Origin: Candidatus Poseidoniia archaeon
GTDB taxonomy: Archaea > Thermoplasmatota > Poseidoniia > MGIII > CG-Epi1
Assembly: GCA_030754655.1 (NCBI GenBank)
Contig: JASLZX010000004.1
Coordinates: forward strand, 30,095-94,094
Length of the DNA: 64,000 bases
Direction: 5' to 3'
Under the pieces are notes generated by a model, which worked only from the letters and a program-made list of their open reading frames with translations, was not told the origin of the DNA and searched no databases. Of the stretch, positions 28,543 to 38,924 are shown in pieces. Position numbers and translations under genes: made by a program. Position 1 is the stretch's first letter. Every line of letters starts with the position of its first letter.

Positions 28543-28991
28543 AGCTCGGCTTCGACCGAATCGGCCGATTCCTCGTCCTCTTCCTCGGGCTCATCGACCG
28601 GCGTGAACTTAGTGCCGTAGTAGATGATGCCGGACTCGCTGTCCTCGCCCAGCTTGCGGAAGACCGCCTCGACGCGCATGCCGCGCTTCACCATCTCGGG
28701 CGCGACATCGACAATCTGCGCCGTTATGCGTGCGCCTTCGTCCATCTCAATCATTGCCATGGGGTAGGGGCCGTGCATCTCGTAGCCCTGCTGCGGCTGG
28801 TAGACCACGGTGTTCGCGACTATCTGGCCGGTGCCAGCGAACTTGTGCTCTTCCATCTTGCCGAGCGACTCGCGGTGGCAACTGGAGCACATCGCGCGCG
28901 GCGGGTAGTGATACATGTCGCAACCGGTGCAGTGCGAACCGATCAGGTTGTAGCGCACCGGCATCTCGCGCCAGAAGCGGGGGACCGCCAT
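28539..28991 (-). CDS. DUF35 Zn-ribbon/OB-fold protein, the scaffold subunit of the archaeal thiolase/HMG-CoA synthase complex
   Basis: Zn ribbon CTGC...CSSC followed by an OB-fold region. It is translationally coupled to the thiolase gene. Confidence 0.8.
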   Translation of the reverse strand: MAVPRFWREMPVRYNLIGSHCTGCDMYHYPPRAMCSSCHRESLGKMEEHKFAGTGQIVANTVVYQPQQGYEMHGPYPMAMIEMDEGARITAQIVDVAPEMVKRGMRVEAVFRKLGEDSESGIIYYGTKFTPVDEPEEEDEESADSVEAEL

Positions 28992-30157
28992 CAGTTCATC
29001 TCCAGCAGGTGGACCACCGCCGTCGCGCCGGTCCCGCCGTGGTTCTCGAGCAGCCCGAGCGTCGCGCCCTTGACCTGCCGCTCGCCGGCGGTGCCGCGCA
29101 GCTGCTGCACGATTTCGACCGCCTGCGCGACGCCGGTTGCGCCGGGCGGGTGGCCGCGCGCCTTCAGCCCGCCGCCGGTGTTGACCGGGATGGCACCACC
29201 GAGGGCGGTGGCACCATCGAGCGTCAGCTGTCCGGCCGCGCCGCGCTCGGCAAGGCCGATTTCCTCGAGCGCTATCAGTTCGGAGATGGTGAAGTTATCG
29301 TGGATTTCGGCGACGCTGACGTCGGTCGCCTTGCGGCCGGCGTGCGCGAACGCCCGCTCGGCGGCGACGCCGATGGCCGGCATGCGACTCAGGCTGGCGC
29401 GGTGGTGCAGGCTGAGCGTGTCGGACGCCTGCCCCGAGCCGATAATCGAGACTGGCTTCTTCGAAAATTCCTTGGCGCGGTCGCTGGCGCAGAGCACGAC
29501 CGCTGCGCCGCCGTCACTCTGCGGCGCACAGTCGAGCATCCGCAGCGGGTCGGAAACCAGCCCCGAGCCGGAGACCGCTTCTGGCTTGATTGGGAATGGA
29601 AATTGCGCCTGCGGGTTCAATGCCGCGTGGCCGTGGTTTTTCGAAGCGACGGCCGAGAGCATCTCGCGCGTCGTCCCGAACTCGGTCATGTGTGCCTGTG
29701 CCATCATCGCGTGCAGCGACGCAAAGGTTGCGCCCTGCTGCGATTCCCACTCCTCGTCGGCGCCCATCGAGAGCGTGTGCGCCGATTCCGAGTCGCTGAC
29801 GTCGGTCATCTTCTCGGCGCCGCCAACAACCGCGACGTCGATGAAGCCGCCCGCGACCGCCATGTACGCCTGCCGCAACGCCAGCCCGCCCGAGGCGGAG
29901 GCGCTTTCGATGCGCGTCGACGGGACGTGCGCGCCAGCCATGGCGCAGTAGTCGGCAATCAGCGCCGAGACGTGCTCCTGCTGCACCAGCGAACCGGCCG
30001 CCATGTTGCCAACGTAGAGCGCGTCGATGTCGTTGCTGCTGATGCCGGCGTCCTGGATTGCCTCCAGCCCCGCCATCAAGCCGAGCTCGCGCAGCGACTT
30101 GTCCCACAGTTCGCCGAACTTGGTGACGCCGGCGCCGATAATCGAGACTTCCCTCAT
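28991..30157 (-). CDS. Acetyl-CoA C-acetyltransferase (archaeal-type thiolase)
   Basis: 388 aa of the thiolase-like superfamily (VSIIGAG, active-site region, C-terminal [15 protein letters not shown]). Confidence 0.9.
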   Translation of the reverse strand: MREVSIIGAGVTKFGELWDKSLRELGLMAGLEAIQDAGISSNDIDALYVGNMAAGSLVQQEHVSALIADYCAMAGAHVPSTRIESASASGGLALRQAYMAVAGGFIDVAVVGGAEKMTDVSDSESAHTLSMGADEEWESQQGATFASLHAMMAQAHMTEFGTTREMLSAVASKNHGHAALNPQAQFPFPIKPEAVSGSGLVSDPLRMLDCAPQSDGGAAVVLCASDRAKEFSKKPVSIIGSGQASDTLSLHHRASLSRMPAIGVAAERAFAHAGRKATDVSVAEIHDNFTISELIALEEIGLAERGAAGQLTLDGATALGGAIPVNTGGGLKARGHPPGATGVAQAVEIVQQLRGTAGERQVKGATLGLLENHGGTGATAVVHLLEMN

Positions 30158-31200
30158 CCGCCCGACCCCATGTGGATTTTCCCGCGATACTTGGCGTAGG
30201 TGGGATAGTTGATTATTTTCATCCTGCTAATCATCTGCTCGACGGTAACGCTGCGGTCTAGGTTCTCAATGTGGTCAGTGATGGTGATGTCGAACCCGTC
30301 GCTGCCGGCGCCCGAGCCGTAGGCGATGGAGAGGATGCGGTCGCCCGGCTTCGCGACATCAAAGACCGCCGCGAGGCCAAGGAAGACTGCGCCGGAGTAG
30401 GTGTTGCCAACGCGCGGCGTCATCAGCCCCGTCTCGACCTGTTCGGGGGTGAAGCCCAGCGCCTTGGCGACCCGCAGCGGGAACTTGCCGTTGGGCTGGT
30501 GGGTGACGATATACTGGTAGTCCTTCGCCTCGGTTCCCGCCATCTTCATCGTCAGCTGCGCGCAGCTGGCGACGTGCCGGAAGTAGGCTGGCTTGCCAGT
30601 GAAGCGGCCGCCGTGGCGCGGGTATTGCTGCCCCTCACGCCGCCAGAAGTCGGGGGTGTCGGTCGTGTAGGAAGTGGTGTGGTTAATTTCGGCAATCACC
30701 TTGTCGCGCCCGATCAGGAACGCGCCGCCGCCCGCCGAGGCGGAATATTCCAGCGCATCGCCCGGCGCCGCCTGCGAAGTGTCGACGCCAATCGCGAGGC
30801 CGTAGTCAATCTGTTTGTCGCCCACCATCCCGAGGCAGGTCTGGATGGCAGCGGTCCCCGCCTTACAGGCGAACTCGTAGTCGGCCGCCGTCAGGTAGGG
30901 CGTCGCGCAGACCGCCTCCGCCACGACGGTCGAACTGGGCTTGACCGCATAGGGATGTGACTCAGAGCCGGTGTAGATTGCGCCAACCTGCTGGCCGGTC
31001 ACACCGCAGCGCTTCATCGCCGTGCGGGCGGACTCGACCGCGATGGTAATCACGTCCTCGTCTGGCCCCGGGACCGACTTGGAGTAGACGTTCAGGTTGC
31101 GCGCCATGGCGCTGCCGTCCTGACCCCACACCGAGGCAATCTCGGTGGTCTCAATCTTGTAGCGCGGAATATACGCGCCATAGCTTACGATTCCATTCAT
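30154..31200 (-). CDS. Hydroxymethylglutaryl-CoA synthase (archaeal)
   Basis: 348 aa. [10 protein letters not shown] and the catalytic Cys region [10 protein letters not shown] indicate the archaeal HMGCS/UPF0219 family. Confidence 0.9.
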   Translation of the reverse strand: MNGIVSYGAYIPRYKIETTEIASVWGQDGSAMARNLNVYSKSVPGPDEDVITIAVESARTAMKRCGVTGQQVGAIYTGSESHPYAVKPSSTVVAEAVCATPYLTAADYEFACKAGTAAIQTCLGMVGDKQIDYGLAIGVDTSQAAPGDALEYSASAGGGAFLIGRDKVIAEINHTTSYTTDTPDFWRREGQQYPRHGGRFTGKPAYFRHVASCAQLTMKMAGTEAKDYQYIVTHQPNGKFPLRVAKALGFTPEQVETGLMTPRVGNTYSGAVFLGLAAVFDVAKPGDRILSIAYGSGAGSDGFDITITDHIENLDRSVTVEQMISRMKIINYPTYAKYRGKIHMGSGG

Positions 31201-31853
31201 AATTCATCCAGTCCTGCCTGAACCTGCCCGAGGGAAAGTTCAGTACTGACGAGTACAATCCGTTCCATTTCCGCCAGCTTGGCAGCCAGCTTGTCAACGT
31301 TGCCAGGCTGGATGTAGCAGACCATCCGTGGCTTGACCGGGTGCGCCCGCACCGCAATCATCGGCGAGCGGCCGAACTTGACTCCCGTAAAGAAAAGCGC
31401 ACGCTCGTTGGACCAGCCGTACATCTGGCCGAAGTTGGTGCCCGAGAAAGTGGTAATCGCGCGTAGCGCGTCAACGATAGTGTAGCCGTAGATGGGGCGT
31501 TCCAGTTCCTCCTCCCCGGAGAGCACCTTGCCGCCAGTCGCCTCGACGATGCTCGTAATCGGCAGCCCGATGGCGAATTCCTGGATGCTGGTGATGGCCG
31601 AGTTGCCTTGCTGCCCCTCCATGTTGGTCACGATGCGGCCGCCGTGCGCGCGGTCGTAGCTCACCATGGTTTCGACCAGCCGTCGCACGGTCCCGATACC
31701 GGGCGAGCGGCGGCGGCCTTTCTCGAAATCGCACACCACGCTCGGATTCACCCCGAGGAGGCTCGCCAGCTGCTTCTGTGAAAGCTGGAAGATTTCGCGC
31801 CACTTGCGGAGCGTCTCACCAGGGCTGTCCGAGACCACGATTTCACCCGCCAT
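31197..31853 (-). CDS. XRE-family HTH transcriptional regulator with an uncharacterised C-terminal domain, first gene of the mevalonate cluster
   Basis: HTH_3-like [34 protein letters not shown]. Its stop overlaps the HMGCS start by 4 nt. Confidence 0.6.
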   Translation of the reverse strand: MAGEIVVSDSPGETLRKWREIFQLSQKQLASLLGVNPSVVCDFEKGRRRSPGIGTVRRLVETMVSYDRAHGGRIVTNMEGQQGNSAITSIQEFAIGLPITSIVEATGGKVLSGEEELERPIYGYTIVDALRAITTFSGTNFGQMYGWSNERALFFTGVKFGRSPMIAVRAHPVKPRMVCYIQPGNVDKLAAKLAEMERIVLVSTELSLGQVQAGLDEL

Positions 31854-31983
31854 ACGGCGAGTCAGCTGGGCGTCCACGCGGCGGCAGCCAGAGGGTCTAT
31901 ATAACGATAAGCGTATCCCACTTCGTCAATCGTCAAACATGCGGGGCGGCAGGGGCTGCTGGCCGTTGGCCGGCTTGCAGACG

Positions 31984-31995
31984 ACCTATATAAAT
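31984..31995 (+). promoter_or_regulatory. Archaeal TATA box TATATAAATA about 21 nt upstream of the pdaD GTG start, consistent with a leaderless transcript
   Basis: Read from the sequence. The spacing is consistent with a transcription start at or near the start codon. Confidence 0.4.
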
Positions 31996-32015
31996 ACCGC
32001 CGGTAGTGCAATCGT

Positions 32016-32573
32016 GTGTCCCATTCAGTCTTCACACCGCATTCGCTCTTCCTGGCTCGCGGCACCGGCACTCATCGCGAGAAGCTCGCCTCGTTTGAGC
32101 TGGCGCTGCGCGAGGCGGGCATCGAGTGCTACAACCTCGTGTCGGTTTCCTCCATCCTGCCACCGCGCTGCGAGTTTGTCGAGCTGGTGGATGGAACAGG
32201 ATTGCTCCAGCCGGGACAGGTGGTCCCGGTTGTCATGGCTCGCAGCGACAGCAACGTGCCGGGGACGCTTGTCAGCTCCGGCGTCGGCGTCGCGGTGCCG
32301 CGTAACCGCGACCACTATGGTTACCTCTCCGAGCACCACGCCACCGGTATGGGCGAGCAGGAGATGGAGGATTACGTCGAGGACCTCGCCGCCGAGATGC
32401 TCGCGACTACCTACGGCATCGCGTTCGACCCTGACGCGTCGTGGGATGAAAAACGTGAAATCTGGAGCATCGACAACCGCATCGTGCGCACCCGTTCAGT
32501 GAACCAGGTCGCGACCGTTGGCGAGAATGGTTTCTGGACCACGACCGTCGCTGCGGCGGTGCTGGTACTCTGA
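32016..32573 (+). CDS. pdaD: Pyruvoyl-dependent arginine decarboxylase
   Basis: FELALREAGIECYNLVSVSSILPP matches the PdaD self-processing region. The length is about 185 aa with a GTG start. Confidence 0.85.
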   Translation: MSHSVFTPHSLFLARGTGTHREKLASFELALREAGIECYNLVSVSSILPPRCEFVELVDGTGLLQPGQVVPVVMARSDSNVPGTLVSSGVGVAVPRNRDHYGYLSEHHATGMGEQEMEDYVEDLAAEMLATTYGIAFDPDASWDEKREIWSIDNRIVRTRSVNQVATVGENGFWTTTVAAAVLVL

Positions 32574-32613
32574 CGGGAACCGCTTAATACCGGGAGCACA
32601 TCGTCGAGGCAGC

Positions 32614-33855
32614 ATGGCCGAGGCGCGCACTCTCTGGACATACCGGGACAAGTCGCTAATTACCACTATGGCGATCGGTAGCGAGGGGGAGTTCTGCGCT
32701 GTCGGTAGCCGGCAGAGTGGAATCACGTTCCTCGGGCCGGACGGCCGGCAGCTCTGGCGGCAGCAAGAAATATCCGACATCCGCGATATCTCGCTCGCCG
32801 GCAACGCGCGCGCGGTACTGGTCGCCAGCGGCGACAACTCCATCCACTACCTCGACCGGCGCGGACGCGAAATATGGTCTCGCAGTACCAGCCACTCCGC
32901 GACTGCGGTTGGTGTCTCCAACCGCGCCGACCTAATCGTTGTTGGCACCCGCCGGGGCAACCTCTCTGCCTACGACCGCACCGGCAAGCTGCTTTGGGAG
33001 CACCAGCCGGGCGGGACCGACTTCCGCATCAACGACGTCGCCATCTCGGCCAACGGCCACTACGTCGTCGTCGGGACCGACTACATGCACATCTACCTCT
33101 ACGACGCGAAGGGGAACGTGCTGTGGGGCACCGAGACCACCGGCAAGGTGCTCGAGGCGTGCGTCAGCAACAACGGAGACTACATCGGCTACATGACCGA
33201 TGACAACCGCATCTACTTTGCGGTCAAGAATTCGCGCGTCATCTGGGAATACCACTTCAACCGCCAGCCGCTCTGGATTGACATGGCCTCGACCGCCGAC
33301 TTCCTCGTCGTCGGCGAGAGCCCGCGCAAGGTCTCGGTCTTCACCAAATCAGGCCGCCGCGCCTGGAGCTTCGAGCTCCCTGACGGCAGCCCTGTCGGCC
33401 GCATGGCGCGCAGCGGCGGCCACGTGTTGGTTGGCGGCCGCAAGGGGGGCGCCACCATGCTCGGCATCGAGGCGTTCCTCGCGAAACTGCAGCGGCAGTC
33501 GCAGCGGCAGGTCGAGCGCGCGCGCAGCGAGGGGCTCGACACACAGGAGGCGGAGCAGCTGCTCTACGCTGCCAAGCGCGCGCTGGCCGACGGGTCGCAT
33601 CAGGAATTCCTCGAAACTATCGGCAAGGCCAATGCCGCCGCGCAGGAGGCGCCCCTGGCGCGCAAGCAGGAGAAAAAGTCTGTCACCGGAGCAGGAGGCG
33701 ATAGCAACGCCTGCGGCAGTTGCGGGACGGGCAACCCCTCTGGCTTCCAGTTCTGCGGTGGCTGCGGCCAGAAACTCTCGTTCAGCTGTGCTGGCTGCGG
33801 GACGCCGGCGCAACCCGATTTCAAGTTCTGTGGCAATTGCGGCCACACTCTCTGA
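32614..33855 (+). CDS. Cytoplasmic PQQ-like beta-propeller repeat protein with a C-terminal double zinc ribbon
   Basis: Repeats of the G-x-LW/IW type (GRQLWRQ, GREIWSR, GKLLWEH, GNVLWGT, SRVIWEY, GRRAWSF) with no signal peptide. The C-terminus is CGSCGTGNPSGFQFCGGCGQKLSFSCAGCGTPAQPDFKFCGNCGH. Confidence 0.6.
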   Translation: MAEARTLWTYRDKSLITTMAIGSEGEFCAVGSRQSGITFLGPDGRQLWRQQEISDIRDISLAGNARAVLVASGDNSIHYLDRRGREIWSRSTSHSATAVGVSNRADLIVVGTRRGNLSAYDRTGKLLWEHQPGGTDFRINDVAISANGHYVVVGTDYMHIYLYDAKGNVLWGTETTGKVLEACVSNNGDYIGYMTDDNRIYFAVKNSRVIWEYHFNRQPLWIDMASTADFLVVGESPRKVSVFTKSGRRAWSFELPDGSPVGRMARSGGHVLVGGRKGGATMLGIEAFLAKLQRQSQRQVERARSEGLDTQEAEQLLYAAKRALADGSHQEFLETIGKANAAAQEAPLARKQEKKSVTGAGGDSNACGSCGTGNPSGFQFCGGCGQKLSFSCAGCGTPAQPDFKFCGNCGHTL

Positions 33856-33901
33856 CGATACGGGCTGAGCAGGTTGTTTAATACCTGAGCGGTTGCCCCC
33901 C

Positions 33902-35680
33902 ATGGCCTCCACGACTCCCTCCCGTTTGCTCGAGAACGCAATGAAGTACGCCGACCAGCCGGCGCTTTCATCACCGTCAGGCGACGACTGGATGACCGAG
34001 ACCTGGTCCGAAGTCACTGAATTCGTGATGGACATCGCCAAGTCGCTGGTCGCGCTGGGCTTCGAGCCGGGCGATAAACTGAGCATTTACAGCTACAACC
34101 GTCGCGAATGGTATGGTGGCTACCTCGCCGCGCAGATGGCGGGCGGTGCCGGAGTTGGCATCTACCACACTTCGTCGGCCGAGGAGGTCGAGTGGATTGC
34201 CGGCAACTCGGAATCGAAAGTGCTGTTTGTCGGTGACAACCCGATGGCGGCTGGCGACAAGGACAAGATGCCGCAGCACCGGCTGATGCAAGTCATAGAC
34301 GGCCTGCCCGCGGTCGAGCACTTCGTGCTGCTGCCGGGCGTAGGTGGAGTAGAGCACGAGCGGATGATGACCTGGGATGCGTTCATGGGTCACGGCAGCG
34401 GAGTCGAGACCGCGACGCTCCACGAGCGCGTCGGCGCGCTGACCGACGCCGATACGAGCGCGCTTATCTACACTTCCGGGACAACGGGCAACCCCAAGGG
34501 CGTCGTGCTGACGCACGGCAACTGGAATTTCGAGGTCAAGGCGGCCGACTTCGCCTTCCTGTTTACTCAGGGGGAGCGCTATGTTTCGTGGCTGCCGCTG
34601 GCGCACGTTTTCGGCCAGTTGATTGACAACCATTACTGGGTCGACAAGGCGATGCACATGTATGTGGCGGACAACCCGCTCAACGTCGTCGACCTCGCCA
34701 AGGAGGTGCAGCCGCACCTGTTCATCGGCGTCCCACGCATCTACGAGAAAATATATTCCAATGTCAAGGCCGCTATTGATAGTAAGGCCTATCTCCGCAT
34801 CGGTCTCAGGTCGCCGATTGCGAGTATCTTCCGCAAGATACTGAGGAAGAAGACCGGGATGAAGGCGTGCCGCTTCGCCGTCACCGGCGCGGCGCCCATC
34901 AATCCAGATATCCTGGAGCTGTTCCAGTCGCTCGGCATCCCCATCTTTGAGGGATACGGTATGACCGAGAACACGGCGGGCGCGACGCTCAACTACGCCG
35001 AGCAGAACCGCGTCGGCAGCGTCGGCCCAGTATTCCCCGGTACCGAGATGAAGGTGGCCGACGATGGCGAGCTGCTGATTCGCGGCCCGCACGTCATGAA
35101 GGGCTACTACAAGGACCAGAAGGCGACCGATGCGGTGCTCCGCGACGGCTGGCTCTACACCGGAGACGTCGGAACAATTGACAGCGACGGCTTCGTGAAA
35201 ATCACCGGTCGCAAGAAGGAAATTTACGTCAGCTCGGGCGGCAAGAACATCGCGCCGCTGGTCATCGAGGAGACCATGAAATCGATGCCACTGGTGTCGC
35301 AATGCTTCTTGGTCGGCGACGCCCGCAAGTACTGTTCGGCGCTGTTGACGCTCGACGCTTTCGCCATCATGCGCGACAAGCTCGGGATGGACCCGCTCAA
35401 AATACCCAAGAATCCTGTCGAGCAGGTGGCGAAGCTGGAGGAGCTGGGGCATCCGCTGGAGGAATACACCGGCTCGGCCGACATCCGCGCTGAAATCCAG
35501 GCGCAGGTGGACGAGCTGAACCAGAAATTTTCGAACCCCGAACAGGTCAAGAAATTCGCCCTCCTGCCGCGCGACTTCACCGTCGACGACGGCGAGCTGA
35601 CTCCCACGCTCAAAATCAAGCGCAAACCCATCGCCGCGAACTGGGCGGCGGAAATCGAGTCGCTCTACGCCGACGCATGA
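33902..35680 (+). CDS. Long-chain fatty-acid--CoA ligase (AMP-dependent synthetase)
   Basis: AMP-binding motif IYTSGTTGNPKGVVLTH, plus YGMTEN, GWLYTGDVG and a C-terminal ACSL-type lid. Confidence 0.85.
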   Translation: MASTTPSRLLENAMKYADQPALSSPSGDDWMTETWSEVTEFVMDIAKSLVALGFEPGDKLSIYSYNRREWYGGYLAAQMAGGAGVGIYHTSSAEEVEWIAGNSESKVLFVGDNPMAAGDKDKMPQHRLMQVIDGLPAVEHFVLLPGVGGVEHERMMTWDAFMGHGSGVETATLHERVGALTDADTSALIYTSGTTGNPKGVVLTHGNWNFEVKAADFAFLFTQGERYVSWLPLAHVFGQLIDNHYWVDKAMHMYVADNPLNVVDLAKEVQPHLFIGVPRIYEKIYSNVKAAIDSKAYLRIGLRSPIASIFRKILRKKTGMKACRFAVTGAAPINPDILELFQSLGIPIFEGYGMTENTAGATLNYAEQNRVGSVGPVFPGTEMKVADDGELLIRGPHVMKGYYKDQKATDAVLRDGWLYTGDVGTIDSDGFVKITGRKKEIYVSSGGKNIAPLVIEETMKSMPLVSQCFLVGDARKYCSALLTLDAFAIMRDKLGMDPLKIPKNPVEQVAKLEELGHPLEEYTGSADIRAEIQAQVDELNQKFSNPEQVKKFALLPRDFTVDDGELTPTLKIKRKPIAANWAAEIESLYADA

Positions 35681-35958
35681 GCCTGCTGCGCGCCAGCTTC
35701 GCGCTTTGCGGCATCCTTGCGCTCGCCAACACTCTGCTGGCGGAGCGCGCGCTGGTCGAGTATCTGGCGTATCTGGCGGCGCTGGCGGCGTTCGGCCTTG
35801 CGGCGTGGTGGCCCGACCCGCTGCCGCCGCCCCCCGTGCCGGGGCAGTGGTCGGTGCCCGCCGTGGAGCGCGAACGCGCGCACGCCGAGTGCAGCGGCTG
35901 CGGACGCGAAGTGGATGCTGGCTGGTCGATGTGTCCCTACTGCTCGGCGCGGCTGTAG
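35677..35958 (+). CDS. Small two-TM membrane protein with a C-terminal zinc ribbon
   Basis: 93 aa with hydrophobic helices and CSGCGREVDAGWSMCPYCS. Its ATG overlaps the ligase stop (ATGA). It is homologous to an insert in the DppBC permease fusion downstream. Confidence 0.5.
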   Translation: MSLLRASFALCGILALANTLLAERALVEYLAYLAALAAFGLAAWWPDPLPPPPVPGQWSVPAVERERAHAECSGCGREVDAGWSMCPYCSARL

Positions 35959-36020
35959 CAAGCGCGGCGGCTGCGCTTGTGGCTCCGGCAGTCTAAAGAG
36001 CCCCAAGGATAGTGGGGACC

Positions 36021-36275
36021 ATGGCCCAGACGGAGGTCGGTCGGGTTGACAAGTATTTCCGCAAGGTAGGCGTCGTGGCACTCGAGCTGAGTGCGGCCAT
36101 CGCAGTCGGCGACAAGCTGCGCTTCTCCGGCGCCACTACCAACTTCGAGATGAAGCTGGAGTCGATGCAGATTGACCATGAGGTGGTCGAGAGCGCCGCC
36201 GCAGGCGCGGACGTCGGCATCGCGGTACCGGAGCGGGTGCGGCGCAGCGACACGGTCTATCGCGTCAGCGACTGA
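36021..36275 (+). CDS. Small beta-barrel protein resembling EF-Tu/IF2 domain 2
   Basis: About 85 aa. GRVDKYFRKVGVVALELS...GDKLRF...ADVGIAV resembles translation-factor domain II. Confidence 0.45.
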   Translation: MAQTEVGRVDKYFRKVGVVALELSAAIAVGDKLRFSGATTNFEMKLESMQIDHEVVESAAAGADVGIAVPERVRRSDTVYRVSD

Positions 36276-36312
36276 CGCCAACTTTATCACCCGCCGACGC
36301 TCCACCGCCATA

Positions 36313-38337
36313 ATGCGACGACTTGCGGCAATCCTGCTGGCGGTGCTGCTGCTGGCGGGCAACTTGCAGTTGCCTGCGGCGAGCGAACCGGCTGCGCCAG
36401 CCGCTTCCACGGTGCCAGCGCCAGCGCCAGCGACCGCCGACGACACGCCGCCGGCCGCGCCGTGGTGGGAGCGCACGTCGCGCGACGCGGACCGCAACGG
36501 CCTCGTTGACTGGCTCGAAACGCGCGATGCGTCCACGGCTGTCGGGGTTTCCTACGGATACCAGCCGGGCGAGCGCGAGCTGGAGTCGCTGCTGCTGGCG
36601 GGCTTCGAGCCGCGGCTGCTGCTCTCCGACGCGGTGCTGCTCGGCCCTATCGCTCCCGAGCGCTTCGCGCTGGCTGCGTCGCTGCCGGGGGTCGTGATGG
36701 TCGAGCCGTATGGCAAGGTCGTGTTCTACGGCGACGTGCAGACGCCCAATATCAAGGCGAAAAATTCGACTGCTTACCCCATGGGTGCGTGGGACCTAGG
36801 TTACACCGGCCGTGGGGTCAACATCGCGATTGTTGATACGGGTATCGACGATGGCCATCCGGGGCTGACTGGGAAATTCGTGGCGGGGTTCGACGCGGTC
36901 TGCACCGATGACGAGGCCTGTATCCTGACTGTCGGCGACGGCTCCGGCGATTACGGTGTGTTGAGCCAGGAAGACGACGGCAGCTTCAACCCGGACGACA
37001 AGAACCAGCACGGCACTGCCTGCTCGGGAATGGCGACCTCCACCGGGCTGCTGCCCGACGGGACACTCAGCGACTATCAGGGCGCCGCGCCCGACGCGTC
37101 GCTGGTCGACGTGCGCATCGGCACCGCGCTGGGCGCAGGGCCGTTCGAGAACTCGTTTCTCGAGCAGGAATTCTACGAGTCGGCCATGAACGGCCTGCAA
37201 TGGGTTCTCGATAACCGCGATAATCCGTGGGCTGGCGCGGACGAGGCGAACCACGGCATCGACATCGTTTCGCTCTCGTGGGGCATAATCTCGGAAGATC
37301 CAGAAGGGTCGGACGGCACCGACATGCACTCGCGGCGGCTCGACGAACTGAGCGAGGCGGGCGTCGTCGTCAGCGTTGCCGCCGGCAACGACGGCCCCAA
37401 CAACGATGGCCTCTCGGGGATGGGCTCGTCGAGCCTCTCGGTCACGGTCGGTGCACTCGACGACCAGAACACCATCGAGCGCGGCGACGACACCATCGCC
37501 GGCTACAGCAGCCGCGGCCCGCGGCGCGACAACAATGATGGCTACCCCTATGACGAGCTGAAGCCCGACATAAGCGCGTCCGGCAGTAATATCGTGCAGG
37601 CTGAGGCGTGCACGAACAGGATTCCCCCGACGCGCTGTGACGCTACGAACAACGGCTACTCCGGCCGTGGCTCCGGCACTAGTTACGCGACGCCGTCGGT
37701 GGCGGGGGTGATGGCACTGCTGCTCGAGGTCAACGACAACCTGACCCCTGCCGTGGTCAGGGAAATCCTGCGCACCACCGCCGAGCCGCGCGGCGAGCCG
37801 ACCTACCCCGAACTGGACCTGTTCTGGAACCGCGATTTCGGCTGGGGCATGGTCGACGCGCTGCTGGCGGTCGAGGAGGCGACAAAGCTGGAAGACCCCG
37901 AGAACGTCGATGTTGAGCTGCAGGCGCACATCCTCGAGACCATCACGAACGACTCCGTCGTCATCAAGGGCGTCTCGTGGGCGCGGCTCGGCAACGTCTC
38001 GGCGGTGCAGTACCGCATCGATGGCGGGCCGTGGCGCGAGGTGCACGACTACGCGGTCGCACTGCCGCAGCCGACCGGCGCCTACATTCCGTGGTCCATC
38101 ACGCTCAGTGAGGAAGAACTGGCGTTCAGCGGCAACCACGCGCTCTTCGTCCGCGCGCTCGGCAACGACGGCTTCCACTCGCTGACGCCGCATGTCCATT
38201 TCGTTGCCGACGGTTTCACTCCCGAGTCGAGCGCGCGCGACTTGCTGCCGCTGATTCTCGCCCTTGCGGTGGCGCTGGGCGGCACGGTCGCGGTCGTTGC
38301 GTGGCGCGGTGGTTACCTTACGGCGCCGCGCGATTAG
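36313..38337 (+). CDS. Subtilisin-like serine protease (S8) with a signal peptide and a C-terminal TM anchor
   Basis: Catalytic triad regions VNIAIVDTGID (Asp), HGTACSG (His) and GTSYATPSVAG (Ser). The 47 aa upstream of ATG 36313 in the track are spurious. Confidence 0.85.
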   Translation: MRRLAAILLAVLLLAGNLQLPAASEPAAPAASTVPAPAPATADDTPPAAPWWERTSRDADRNGLVDWLETRDASTAVGVSYGYQPGERELESLLLAGFEPRLLLSDAVLLGPIAPERFALAASLPGVVMVEPYGKVVFYGDVQTPNIKAKNSTAYPMGAWDLGYTGRGVNIAIVDTGIDDGHPGLTGKFVAGFDAVCTDDEACILTVGDGSGDYGVLSQEDDGSFNPDDKNQHGTACSGMATSTGLLPDGTLSDYQGAAPDASLVDVRIGTALGAGPFENSFLEQEFYESAMNGLQWVLDNRDNPWAGADEANHGIDIVSLSWGIISEDPEGSDGTDMHSRRLDELSEAGVVVSVAAGNDGPNNDGLSGMGSSSLSVTVGALDDQNTIERGDDTIAGYSSRGPRRDNNDGYPYDELKPDISASGSNIVQAEACTNRIPPTRCDATNNGYSGRGSGTSYATPSVAGVMALLLEVNDNLTPAVVREILRTTAEPRGEPTYPELDLFWNRDFGWGMVDALLAVEEATKLEDPENVDVELQAHILETITNDSVVIKGVSWARLGNVSAVQYRIDGGPWREVHDYAVALPQPTGAYIPWSITLSEEELAFSGNHALFVRALGNDGFHSLTPHVHFVADGFTPESSARDLLPLILALAVALGGTVAVVAWRGGYLTAPRD

Positions 38338-38821
38338 TCGCGCGATTATTTCCTGCGCTCGCTTCGTGCGCCAACAACCACTCCTTCGCGCCCGGCAGTC
38401 CCGACCATCCTCCCGGGTCGCTGACGCCGACCGCGCGGTGGCATGGTATCAGCACCGGAATCGGGTTTCGCGCGCACGCCTGCCCCACCGCCTGCGCGGC
38501 GCGAGGCGACCCGGCCCGCGCCGCCAACTCACCGTAGGTGGCGGTCTCGCCCGCCGGGACCGCGCGCAGCGCTTCCCAGACGCGCTGCTGGAAGGCGGTG
38601 CCGCCGGGGCGCAGCATGAGCGCGGGTGGTTCGCCGGCGTCGAAATACGCGCTGAGCACCCTCGCGACGCGCTCGCCCGCTGGCGAGCGAGGTCCGTCGC
38701 CGGCGGCCTTCGCGGGCGCGCCAGTGCGTGGGGAGCGGGGGAACTCTAGCCGTGTGACCACGTCGCCGTCAAGCGTCAGCGCCAGCGGGCCGAGCGGCGA
38801 AGCGACCGCGAACTGTTCCAT
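38318..38821 (-). CDS. ogt: Methylated-DNA--protein-cysteine methyltransferase
   Basis: Active site IPCHRAV and a helix-turn-helix TYGELA; the protein is 167 aa. Confidence 0.85.
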   Translation of the reverse strand: MEQFAVASPLGPLALTLDGDVVTRLEFPRSPRTGAPAKAAGDGPRSPAGERVARVLSAYFDAGEPPALMLRPGGTAFQQRVWEALRAVPAGETATYGELAARAGSPRAAQAVGQACARNPIPVLIPCHRAVGVSDPGGWSGLPGAKEWLLAHEASAGNNRATNRAAP

Positions 38822-38896
38822 CGCGCGGGGAGCCGCGGCCGCTTTTTAGCGTTGCTCGACCGGCCGCTTTCAAAAACAAAATTTTTTGAAATAGGG

Positions 38897-38903
38897 TTAA
38901 ATA
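38897..38903 (+). promoter_or_regulatory. TATA-like TTAAATA about 21 nt upstream of ATG 38925, in the divergent ogt / membrane-protein intergenic region
   Basis: Read from the sequence. Just upstream, a GC stem GCGGCCG/CGGCCGC flanks a T-rich loop. Confidence 0.3.
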
Positions 38904-38924
38904 CTCGTCTTCTCGGGAGGCGGC

